DNA from: a virus
Reading direction: 5' to 3' (one strand)
DNA length: 60,779 nucleotides
Virus genome (UHGV): UHGV-0247086
The position numbers were made by a program, and so were the translations under genes. Positions 19,250-26,823 of this stretch are shown piece by piece (within the stretch, counting starts at the first letter, position 1; every line of letters starts with the position of its first letter). The notes beneath the pieces were generated by a model. It had not been told where the DNA came from. It worked only from the letters and a program-made list of their open reading frames with translations, and did no database searches.

Positions 19250-20788
19250 TTATTCAGTTGGCAGTGCTACGCGCCAGGGGAGTAGTTCGCTGACCCGGTT
19301 TATCGGCCAGTCAGCAATGACGTCAAGGACATAACGGAGGTAGCTTTCTGGCTCCACTCCGTTCAGTTTGCATGTCCCGATCAGGCTGTACAGCAGCGCT
19401 CCCCGCTCTCCTCCATGATCCGAACCGAAGAACAGGTAGTTTTTGCGGCCCAGGCTGACCATCCGTAGCGCATTCTCAGCTATGTTGTTATCTGCCTCGG
19501 CCCAGCCGTCGTCAGTATAGTAAGCCAGCGCCGGCCACTGGTTCAGTACGTACGTGAACGCTTTCGCCAGTTCTGAGTGTCGCGACAGCGTTTTCACCTT
19601 TTCACGCAGCCAGCTTTCCAGGGATTTCAGCCGCGGTTTAGCTTTTTGCTGACGTTCTGCAAGGCGTCGCTTCGCCGGCATCCCCCTTATTTCCGCCTCG
19701 ATGGCATATAACTCACCGATCCGTTTCAGGGCTTCCTCCGTCAGCGCTGACGGGGTGCGAACGTGCACATCGTGGATCTTGCGGCGGGCATGAGCCCAGC
19801 AGGCAGCTTCCGTTATCTGTCCATTGCGGTACAGTTCGTTGAACCCGGCGTACGCATCCGCCTGCAGAACACCGCTGAAGCCAGCGAGATGGCTCTGCGG
19901 GTGGATACCTTTTCTGTCCGGGCTGTAAGCGAACCACACTGCCGGCGCCAGCTCTGACCCGGCGTTACGGTCGTCACGAACGTAGGTCCATAACCGCCCG
20001 GTCTTCGTTTTCTTATTACCTGGCAACAGCACCGGGACAGGCGTGTCATCAGCATGGAGCTTACCGTCAGTCAGGACATAGTCCTGAAGCGCCCCTTCCA
20101 GCGGTGACAGTAGCCGGCAACACGCATCCACCCAGCCCGACAGCAGTGAGCGGCTCAGCTCCACACCCTGGCGGCCGTATATTTCAGACTGGCGATACAG
20201 CGGGGTGTGCTCTGCATACTTTGAACTCAGCACGCGGGCCAGCAGCCCCGGTCCTGCGATACCCCGCTCGATGGGCCGTGAAGGCGCGGGGGCCTGCACG
20301 ATGGCATCGCACTGAGTACAGGCATGCTTTTCACGTACTGTCCGGATAACCCGGAAGGCGCTGCGCATCAGCTCCAGCTGTTCGGCGGCATCTTCACCCA
20401 GGTAACTCAGCGCACCACCACATTCCGGGCAGCATGACGCTGCCGGCAGCAGCCGTTTTTCGTCACGGGGAAGTGATTCAGGGAACGGTTTGCGGGTACG
20501 GGTCTGCCGCAGCGGGCGCTGCACGGCCGGGTCATCCACCCGGCCGGTAAGGGTATCGCTTTCTTTCTGCAACTGCTTAAGGTCGGCTTCCATCTGCGCG
20601 ATACGGCGGGAGACTTTTTCGGAGCGGCTGCCGAAGTTCATCCGGCGCAGCTTATCCAGTTGCGCCTGCAGGTGATCTATTTCGCGTTCACGCTCGTTCA
20701 GCTTTTCCAGAAGGGCACGGTTCAGCGCCTCCTGTTCGGCAAGGAGACGTTTCAGTTCATCGATATTGTCAGGAAGTAAGCTGTTCAT
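19250..20788 (-). CDS. IS66 family transposase TnpC (orf3)
   Basis: 512 aa with an N-terminal leucine zipper (LKRLLAEQEALN) and the CPECGG zinc motif typical of IS66 TnpC. Confidence 0.85.
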   Translation of the reverse strand: MNSLLPDNIDELKRLLAEQEALNRALLEKLNEREREIDHLQAQLDKLRRMNFGSRSEKVSRRIAQMEADLKQLQKESDTLTGRVDDPAVQRPLRQTRTRKPFPESLPRDEKRLLPAASCCPECGGALSYLGEDAAEQLELMRSAFRVIRTVREKHACTQCDAIVQAPAPSRPIERGIAGPGLLARVLSSKYAEHTPLYRQSEIYGRQGVELSRSLLSGWVDACCRLLSPLEGALQDYVLTDGKLHADDTPVPVLLPGNKKTKTGRLWTYVRDDRNAGSELAPAVWFAYSPDRKGIHPQSHLAGFSGVLQADAYAGFNELYRNGQITEAACWAHARRKIHDVHVRTPSALTEEALKRIGELYAIEAEIRGMPAKRRLAERQQKAKPRLKSLESWLREKVKTLSRHSELAKAFTYVLNQWPALAYYTDDGWAEADNNIAENALRMVSLGRKNYLFFGSDHGGERGALLYSLIGTCKLNGVEPESYLRYVLDVIADWPINRVSELLPWRVALPTE

Positions 20789-20836
20789 ACCGGGTATATT
20801 ACCAGGCTCATTCAGCGTCGACCAGGATAAAGAGGC

Positions 20837-21184
20837 CTACAACATAGTCAGTGACGTAAGCAGTCTTTTAGGCTGCCGCCAGTCGATACCTTCAAGGAGC
20901 ATCGCCAGCTGTGCCGGTGTGAGGAACACTTTGCCATCCCGGGCTGACGGCCAGGCGAAGCGGCCGCGCTCCAGCCGTTTGGTCAGCAGACACAGTCCAT
21001 CGCCGGTAGACCAGAGGAGCTTTACCTGACTGCCATTACGCCCACGGAAGATAAAAACGTGACCTGACATCGGATCGTCTTTCAGCGTCGTCTGCACCTT
21101 TGCCGCCAGGCCGTTGAAGCCGTTTCTCATATCGGTGATGCCAGCGACCAGCCAGATCTTTGTCCCTGATGGTAATGGGATCAA
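20837..21184 (-). CDS. IS66 family accessory protein TnpB (orf2)
   Basis: 115 aa, by recall matching IS66 Orf2. Confidence 0.8.
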   Translation of the reverse strand: MIPLPSGTKIWLVAGITDMRNGFNGLAAKVQTTLKDDPMSGHVFIFRGRNGSQVKLLWSTGDGLCLLTKRLERGRFAWPSARDGKVFLTPAQLAMLLEGIDWRQPKRLLTSLTML

Positions 21185-21585
21185 CGTTTGAGCTCCCGTA
21201 TCAGCAGGTTCAGGATATTTTCGCTGATGGCACCATTCAGACGGAGTGATCCGTGCCGGAACGTCACTTCACAGCTGATATTGAGTGATTCAGGTGCCGC
21301 AGCAGCTACAGGTTGTGACCGGGGGGAGGTTGCAGGGACAACATCTTCGGCATCAAGTGTTATCGGGAGCAGCTCAGGCACGTTGTTTTCTGTTGTTGAA
21401 GGAGGACGTAGTTTTCCTTCGCGCCAGTACTGGCGCCACTTGAACAGCAAATTATCGTTGATCCCATGCTCACGAGCGAGTTGCGCTACGGAGATCTCTG
21501 GTCGATGCGAGAGTTCAACCATTTTGATTTTGAACTCAACAGGATAATTAGGGCTTTTTTTACGCACTGCGGTTAATGATTTCAT
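21181..21585 (-). CDS. IS66 family accessory protein TnpA (orf1)
   Basis: 134 aa HTH protein overlapping tnpB by an ATGA, as in IS66 elements. Confidence 0.75.
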   Translation of the reverse strand: MKSLTAVRKKSPNYPVEFKIKMVELSHRPEISVAQLAREHGINDNLLFKWRQYWREGKLRPPSTTENNVPELLPITLDAEDVVPATSPRSQPVAAAAPESLNISCEVTFRHGSLRLNGAISENILNLLIRELKR

Positions 21586-21674
21586 GGATAGCGTCCACCA
21601 TATTTGGTGTCCACTATCCTCTCAGGAATATCAGGATCTGCCAGACGGTGCTGAGACGACGCTTACGATTGGTG

Positions 21675-21931
21675 GTGTCACCCACAAGGATGTTATCCGG
21701 CATCAGTGGGCTGGGATACGTGGATACCGCATCACCGACTGCGCTGGTCGCAAAATCCAGCGCCGGGCGCCAGCGGTCGGTATAACCGGTCACGCCGATG
21801 GCGGGAGCGTAAGGTGCATAATTTTTAATGGACGGGTCAGGACTGGTCAGGCTGCCTGGTACAATTTCAAGGGTCATATCAAACACTCCGGTAAATAGCG
21901 GCAAGGCTGGTGTAATGTGCATTGGTGGCAC
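21675..21931 (-). pseudogene. N-terminal part of LamG-like partner gene of tail spike B, interrupted by IS66
   Basis: ORF from ATG 21931 runs into the IS left end at 21666. The reading frame resumes at 19204 after the IS. The ORF-track 105-aa protein continues into IS sequence. Confidence 0.55.
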
Positions 21932-23831
21932 GCGGACAGGTCAGCGGGTTTTGCATACGGTCAGACATGCGGATATAGCTCAGGAACTCGCCCGGCTGGG
22001 AGGAGCCATACACCGGCCAGTTAAACGCCCCGGCAGGCAACGCCCCGATGATGTCGTCCTGCTGGCTGTCAAAAATCGCCAGGCGGTGCAACAGCGTGTC
22101 GATATAGTCCTGGCGAGGTTCGGCAAACATGTAGGCAATCGCCGGAGCGTAGGACAACTCGCCAACAGGCTCCCTCCAGTCCATACTCCACACCGAACCA
22201 TCCGGGTTGTAAGCCAGCGCCCGCATGGTGTCGGCCATATGCCAGAGGGCTGCCGATGGCACCGGCTTCCCGGCCAGCAGGAAGGTGCGTAACATCCACT
22301 CGCTACCTGACAATGACGCCATCGTGTACCAGCGGGACACGTCCTGTCCGTCAGCGACGCCGTGGTTTTCAACGAGGCGGGTCGGGTTAACGTTTGTCCC
22401 GTTCATGACGTCGCAGGGTGCCAGGCCGTTAATGGTCATCGTCTCGGAAAGGTCGTTTCTGTCACCCAGCGCCGCAATCTGCATTGTAATCATCCGCTCG
22501 GCCCAGCGCTCGGCATTGGCATTATCCGGGGCTATAGTCAGCGCGCGGGCGAGAATGCCGAGGTTCCATGCCAGTTCTTCTGATTTGGAATCGCCTGTCG
22601 GGTAATTATCCGTCACCTGCCCCCGGATATCAGGGCGCGTCCAACGGTATTTGGGCGTGTACTTCAGAAAGCGGTTAGCCTCATGTACCACCATTGCGGC
22701 GACTTTTATTTTCTGACCTTCCGCCAGGTGTGCGCCCATCAGGTCGCAGTGGCTGGCCACATTACGCGCCAGCTCTGCCGCCTGTGAGCCAAAGGTCACT
22801 GCCACATCTTCAGAGGCTTCGCTCCACGGCGGCGGCGGGCCTCCCCACCAACCACCGTTTGCCAGATGCGCACTCACCACCAAATCCAGCCCCTGCACAA
22901 TCCAGGAAACCGCTGTGTCATAACTGACGCCAATAAACGTTTCGTCCCAGGTGGCGTAACCAGCATCACACCAGCTTATCCAGTGAACTACTGCGGCCAG
23001 CATCAGCGGGTATTGCTCTATGCTGTCCATCGTCGAGCCAGTGACTGGAAGCCCGGCTCCGCCAGCCAGGGGAACCCACGTCGGCACCCACGTTGAAAGC
23101 ATGTATTTACAGGCACGCTCGGCGAGTGGCTCGACTGCCGCGCGTACTGATGCGGGTAGCGGCGTGAGGACCATTTCAGGACGTTGATTCACCGATTGCC
23201 GGGCGCGACGATTGAGCGGCGGAAGGTAGCTAAGGCGGCCTGACTGATCGACCTCCAGCAAAACAACCCCATCTTTGACAATCGCGTGACCTGCCTGGAT
23301 ATCGGCCGGATCAAGGTCATAGACTGCGACGCCTTTGGCTGCGTATGCTGCGACGTTTTCAGGCGCTGGCAATCCGTCCATTCCCTGAAGAGTACCCGGC
23401 AGTAATTCCCCGCTGGACATAACCTTTCCCCAGGCGTAAGTCACACCGTCAGAGTATTCATCTGTTCGTCTTACGGCTGTCTTTCCAGAAATCATGGTTC
23501 TTCCTGTAGGTTGCAGTACGCCTCCAGTGTTTTTGTACTCAATAGCCAGATAAGCATCATCAGAACTGCGCACATACGTGGTGCTGCCCTCAGGGATATT
23601 CGCGATATCCGCCTGCGCAGCCTCAATCGTCATGTACTGCTTGCTGAGAGGAATTATGTTCTGCCGAACTTCGTCATTCTTAGCCATCATCTGGCGCCAG
23701 GTATCGAGCGGTTCGCCTGCGCGGTCGTTAACCGTTCCGGCCGGACCGTTAACCAGCTCGTCAGCGCGCTTGACGTTATCCAGGAATATTTCAGGCGTCG
23801 TCGTTCCCAAAGGCGGGTTAAGTTCGGCCAT
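21879..23831 (-). CDS. tail spike / tail fibre B: same N-terminal anchor as A, different Trp-rich alpha-helical glycanase/lyase-like C-terminal domain
   Basis: 650 aa. The first ~95 aa are near-identical to gene A and diverge after residue ~100. It lies inside the putative invertible segment in opposite orientation. Confidence 0.75.
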   Translation of the reverse strand: MAELNPPLGTTTPEIFLDNVKRADELVNGPAGTVNDRAGEPLDTWRQMMAKNDEVRQNIIPLSKQYMTIEAAQADIANIPEGSTTYVRSSDDAYLAIEYKNTGGVLQPTGRTMISGKTAVRRTDEYSDGVTYAWGKVMSSGELLPGTLQGMDGLPAPENVAAYAAKGVAVYDLDPADIQAGHAIVKDGVVLLEVDQSGRLSYLPPLNRRARQSVNQRPEMVLTPLPASVRAAVEPLAERACKYMLSTWVPTWVPLAGGAGLPVTGSTMDSIEQYPLMLAAVVHWISWCDAGYATWDETFIGVSYDTAVSWIVQGLDLVVSAHLANGGWWGGPPPPWSEASEDVAVTFGSQAAELARNVASHCDLMGAHLAEGQKIKVAAMVVHEANRFLKYTPKYRWTRPDIRGQVTDNYPTGDSKSEELAWNLGILARALTIAPDNANAERWAERMITMQIAALGDRNDLSETMTINGLAPCDVMNGTNVNPTRLVENHGVADGQDVSRWYTMASLSGSEWMLRTFLLAGKPVPSAALWHMADTMRALAYNPDGSVWSMDWREPVGELSYAPAIAYMFAEPRQDYIDTLLHRLAIFDSQQDDIIGALPAGAFNWPVYGSSQPGEFLSYIRMSDRMQNPLTCPRATNAHYTSLAAIYRSV

Positions 23832-23853
23832 GTTTTTTGCTCCAAAAAGAGGC

Positions 23854-23879
23854 TTCGCCCAAACGAGGGTTTGAGTGAA
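23854..23879. promoter_or_regulatory. putative Hin/Gin-family inversion crossover site (right), inverted copy of the left site
   Basis: TTCGCCCAAACG-AG-GGTTTGAGTGAA. Its reverse complement differs from the left site at one position and has the same CT core. It lies 22 bp upstream of the tail-spike B start. Confidence 0.55.
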
Positions 23880-23922
23880 AGAGCAAAGCTTTTTACAATC
23901 AGCAATTTCAAAGGGTTACAAC

Positions 23923-24471
23923 ATGCTGATTGGCTATGCACGCGTCTCTACAGGGGATCAAAACCTCGATTTACAGAAAAACGCGCTGATCCGCGCAGAA
24001 TGTGAGCTGGTTTTCGAGGATATGGCCAGCGGGAAGAATGCCCGGCGGCCAGGGTTAAAGCGAGCGCTGCGACGGCTCCGCCCGGGTGATGTGCTGGTGG
24101 TCTGGAAACTGGACCGGCTGGGCCGCAGCGTGCGCGATCTGATTACGCTCGTATCGGAGCTGCAGGCGCGCGGGGTGAATTTTCGCAGCCTTTCCGACAG
24201 CATCGATACCAGTACGCCAGCAGGCCGCTTTTTCTTCCACGTCATGAGCGCCCTGGCGGAAATGGAGCGCGAGCTGATCGTCGAGCGTACCCGCGCCGGT
24301 TTAGCCGCTGCTAGGGAGCAGGGGAGAGTCGGCGGCCGCCGTCGGGTAATGACTGAAGAAGTGGTGGAGCGCTGCCGCAGGATGCTGGATACGGGCGCTA
24401 CGCGGCAGCAGGTAGCCGATGTAATAGGTGTAGACGTGAAAACAATCTACAAGTACCTCCCGGCGACTTGA
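23923..24471 (+). CDS. serine-recombinase DNA invertase (Hin/Gin/Cin/Pin family)
   Basis: MLIGYARVSTGDQ, the catalytic Ser motif, and a C-terminal HTH. Collinear with Hin by recall. Positioned immediately outside the right inverted repeat. Confidence 0.9.
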   Translation: MLIGYARVSTGDQNLDLQKNALIRAECELVFEDMASGKNARRPGLKRALRRLRPGDVLVVWKLDRLGRSVRDLITLVSELQARGVNFRSLSDSIDTSTPAGRFFFHVMSALAEMERELIVERTRAGLAAAREQGRVGGRRRVMTEEVVERCRRMLDTGATRQQVADVIGVDVKTIYKYLPAT

Positions 24472-24548
24472 AGACAAAGATTTCACTACTTTTCCTGATA
24501 TGTTACGTTTGGCTTAATCAATTCATTCAGCTTTGAAAACAGTTTGGT

Positions 24549-24971
24549 TTGTTTGTGATGAGTAAGAAAATAATAAGTTTTAAAGATTTTCTAACTATTA
24601 ACCATAACCTTATGCACATGTCCGATACATGGGCTGATTTGTGGGCGTTGATTTTTTACACACGTTTAAGTGCGGGAAGGCTGCTGTCACTCCGTTACGA
24701 TGACATTAATGGTTGTTCGATAATGATACGGGAACCGGGACATCTGAAGGCGCTACGTGTTGAATCAACCCCTCCAGTGGAGGGGATCATTGCTCGTAGA
24801 AGAGAACGCTATCCAGAAGATGTTTTTTTATTTCAGAGCCATTCTAACCGCGTGAAGTACCAACGCCGGCCGGTCACTATAATTGCTTTCAACGCCGCTT
24901 TACGTCGCGCCGCTAGATCATTACCAGACGTTAACGTAAGCAGTAGTAGCGCGAGAAACATACCGGACTAA
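24549..24971 (+). pseudogene. tyrosine-recombinase (integrase-family) fragment lacking the catalytic C-terminus
   Basis: 140 aa, AT-rich. Similar to the integrase central region (RLLSLRYDDI, VFLFQSH) but stops before the HxxR/Y motifs. Confidence 0.35.
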
Positions 24972-24987
24972 CCGCCTGTCCAGTCGC

Positions 24988-25045
24988 GTGTGGCCGATGT
25001 GACAGGCGTGGGGGTGAAGACTATTTACAAATATTTGCCAGTACA
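24988..25045 (+). repeat. relic copy 2 of the invertase 3'-terminal coding sequence
   Basis: Encodes VADVTGVGVKTIYKYLP, matching invertase C-terminus ADVIGVDVKTIYKYLPAT (24412-24471) at DNA level. Confidence 0.55.
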
Positions 25046-25064
25046 ATACGGCGATAAAAAATCC

Positions 25065-25092
25065 CCTTGAGCAGGCACACTCAAGGGGAAAA
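25065..25092. terminator. hairpin terminator-like element
   Basis: CCCCTTGAG-CAGGCACAC-TCAAGGGG flanked by A runs. Confidence 0.45.
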
Positions 25093-25199
25093 TACTACAT
25101 AACATCATTGCTGTGTGCGTCTTTGCGCTCGTCTATCTTCCAAGAAGATGCCTAAAGCTTCCAGATATTTCTGGTCTGAGCAGTTAAAACATTGGTTTG

Positions 25200-25258
25200 G
25201 TAGCCGATGTGATAGGGGTGGGAGTGAAGACGATTTATAAATATTTTCCAGCCGGTTA
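25200..25258 (+). repeat. relic copy 3 of the invertase 3'-terminal coding sequence
   Basis: Encodes VADVIGVGVKTIYKYFPAG-stop. A 14-bp perfect-stem palindrome follows at 25262-25304. Confidence 0.55.
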
Positions 25259-25496
25259 AGTTTGCTCACCTGCGAACCGTATGCAAGAGATCGCAGGTGA
25301 GCAATTCGCTATGAGGGCATTGCCATAGCTGAAAAATTTTAACCTCGCATTATTCGCAAAACCATCAAACAGCTAAAGCCTGAATACACTTTAAGACTTA
25401 CCTTACTCGTTACATCAATGTGTTACGGCAATGACATAAATTGATAGCCAGAACCTATATTGATCTGTCGCTCTGTTAAAACTACTGTATATAAAA

Positions 25497-26812
25497 GGGT
25501 CTTCCCTTGTTGTGGTGGCTGAAGGCATGATAATGGCGTATTAAATCGCCAGAGGTCACCACCATGGACGAAAAGTCCCTCTATGCACATATCCTCAACT
25601 TGTCAGCTCCGTGGCAGGTAAAGTCTCTTTCTCTCGATGAAAATGCCGCTTCTGTTACCGTTACTGTCGGAATCGCTGAAAATACTCAGTTAACCTGTCC
25701 AGCCTGCGGGAAATCCTGCCCCGTTCACGATCACCGGCATCGTAAATGGCGCCACCTCGATACCTGCCAGTTCGCCACGATAGTTGAAGCCAGTGTGCCC
25801 CGTGTTATGTGTCCGAAGCATGGATGCCAGACTTTGCCTGTTCCGTGGGCGGGGCCCGGCAGCCGGTATACGCTGCTGTTCGAATCATTCGTGCTTTCAT
25901 GGCTGAAAATCAGCACTGTTGATGCGGTCAGGAAACAACTCAAACTGAGCTGGAATGCCGTTGACGGCATTATGACCCGCGCGGTTAAACGAGGTCTTGC
26001 ACGCATAAAAAAGCCGTTAGCAGCCCGGCATATGAATGTGGACGAGGTCGCTTTTAAAAAAGGACATCGTTATATAACGGTGATCTCCGATCGTGACGGG
26101 CGGGCGCTGGCTTTAACGGATGATCGAGGTAAGGAAAGTCTTGCCGGTTACCTCAGAACCCTGACTGACGGACAGCTGCAGGCCATTAAAACGCTCTCAA
26201 TGGACATGAATGCGGGCTATATAAGAGCCGCGCGCATCCACTTACCGTGTGCAGTTGATAAAATCGCCTTTGACCGCTTCCACGTAGCGAAACAGCTGGG
26301 TGAGGTGGTGGATAAAACCCGCCAGAATGAACATCCCCGTCTTCCGGTTGAAAGCCGCCGTCAGGCCAAAGGTACCCGCTTCCTGTGGCAGTACAGCGAC
26401 AAATGGATGACTGAGTCCCGGCAGAAAAAGCTGATGTGGCTGCGGGAACAGATGCAGCAGACAAGCCAGTGCTGGACACTGAAAGAGCTGGCCAAAAATA
26501 TCTGGGATCGCCCCTGGAGCACAGAACGCAGGAATGACTGGTTGCAGTGGATATCGCTGGCGTCTCAATGTGATGTGCCGATGATGAAAAACGCAGCGAA
26601 AACCATCAAAAAACGGTTATATGGAATACTGAATGCGATGCATCATCGTGTCTCGAATGGTAATGCAGAGGCGCTGAACAGCAAGATCAGACTGCTGAGA
26701 ATAAAAGCCAGAGGATACAGGAACCGGGAGCGCTTTAAGCTGGGAGTGATGTTCCACTATGGAAAACTGAATATGGCGTTCTGAGTCTTCCCACCATGAT
26801 CGGGGAAGACCC
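25497..26812 (+). mobile_element. ISL3-family insertion sequence (1316 bp) with 8-bp TSD ATATAAAA, inserted into the umuDC LexA operator
   Basis: Terminal IRs GGGTCTTCCC...GGGAAGACCC. TSD at 25489-25496 and 26813-26820. Removing the IS and one TSD copy restores TACTGTATATAAAAACAGTG. Confidence 0.85.
25564..26784 (+). CDS. ISL3 family transposase
   Basis: 406 aa with an N-terminal zinc-finger (CPACGK...CPKHGC) and a DDE domain. Confidence 0.85.
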   Translation: MDEKSLYAHILNLSAPWQVKSLSLDENAASVTVTVGIAENTQLTCPACGKSCPVHDHRHRKWRHLDTCQFATIVEASVPRVMCPKHGCQTLPVPWAGPGSRYTLLFESFVLSWLKISTVDAVRKQLKLSWNAVDGIMTRAVKRGLARIKKPLAARHMNVDEVAFKKGHRYITVISDRDGRALALTDDRGKESLAGYLRTLTDGQLQAIKTLSMDMNAGYIRAARIHLPCAVDKIAFDRFHVAKQLGEVVDKTRQNEHPRLPVESRRQAKGTRFLWQYSDKWMTESRQKKLMWLREQMQQTSQCWTLKELAKNIWDRPWSTERRNDWLQWISLASQCDVPMMKNAAKTIKKRLYGILNAMHHRVSNGNAEALNSKIRLLRIKARGYRNRERFKLGVMFHYGKLNMAF

Positions 26813-26823
26813 ATATAAAAACA

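Larger units (their letters stand above)
19213..21666 (-). mobile_element. IS66-family insertion sequence (2454 bp) with 8-bp target site duplication GATTGGTG
   Basis: Ends are GTAAGCG...CGCTTAC. An identical 8-mer GATTGGTG lies at 19205-19212 and 21667-21674. It carries three co-oriented IS66 ORFs. Confidence 0.85.

Noticed and set aside
21980-23096. Several ORFs overlapping tail-spike B in other frames or on the + strand (21828-22292, 21980-22372, 22225-22605, 22694-23096, 23511-24005)
   Set aside because: All overlap the 650-aa gene that shares its N-terminus with spike A. Arg/Pro-rich, with no independent signals.
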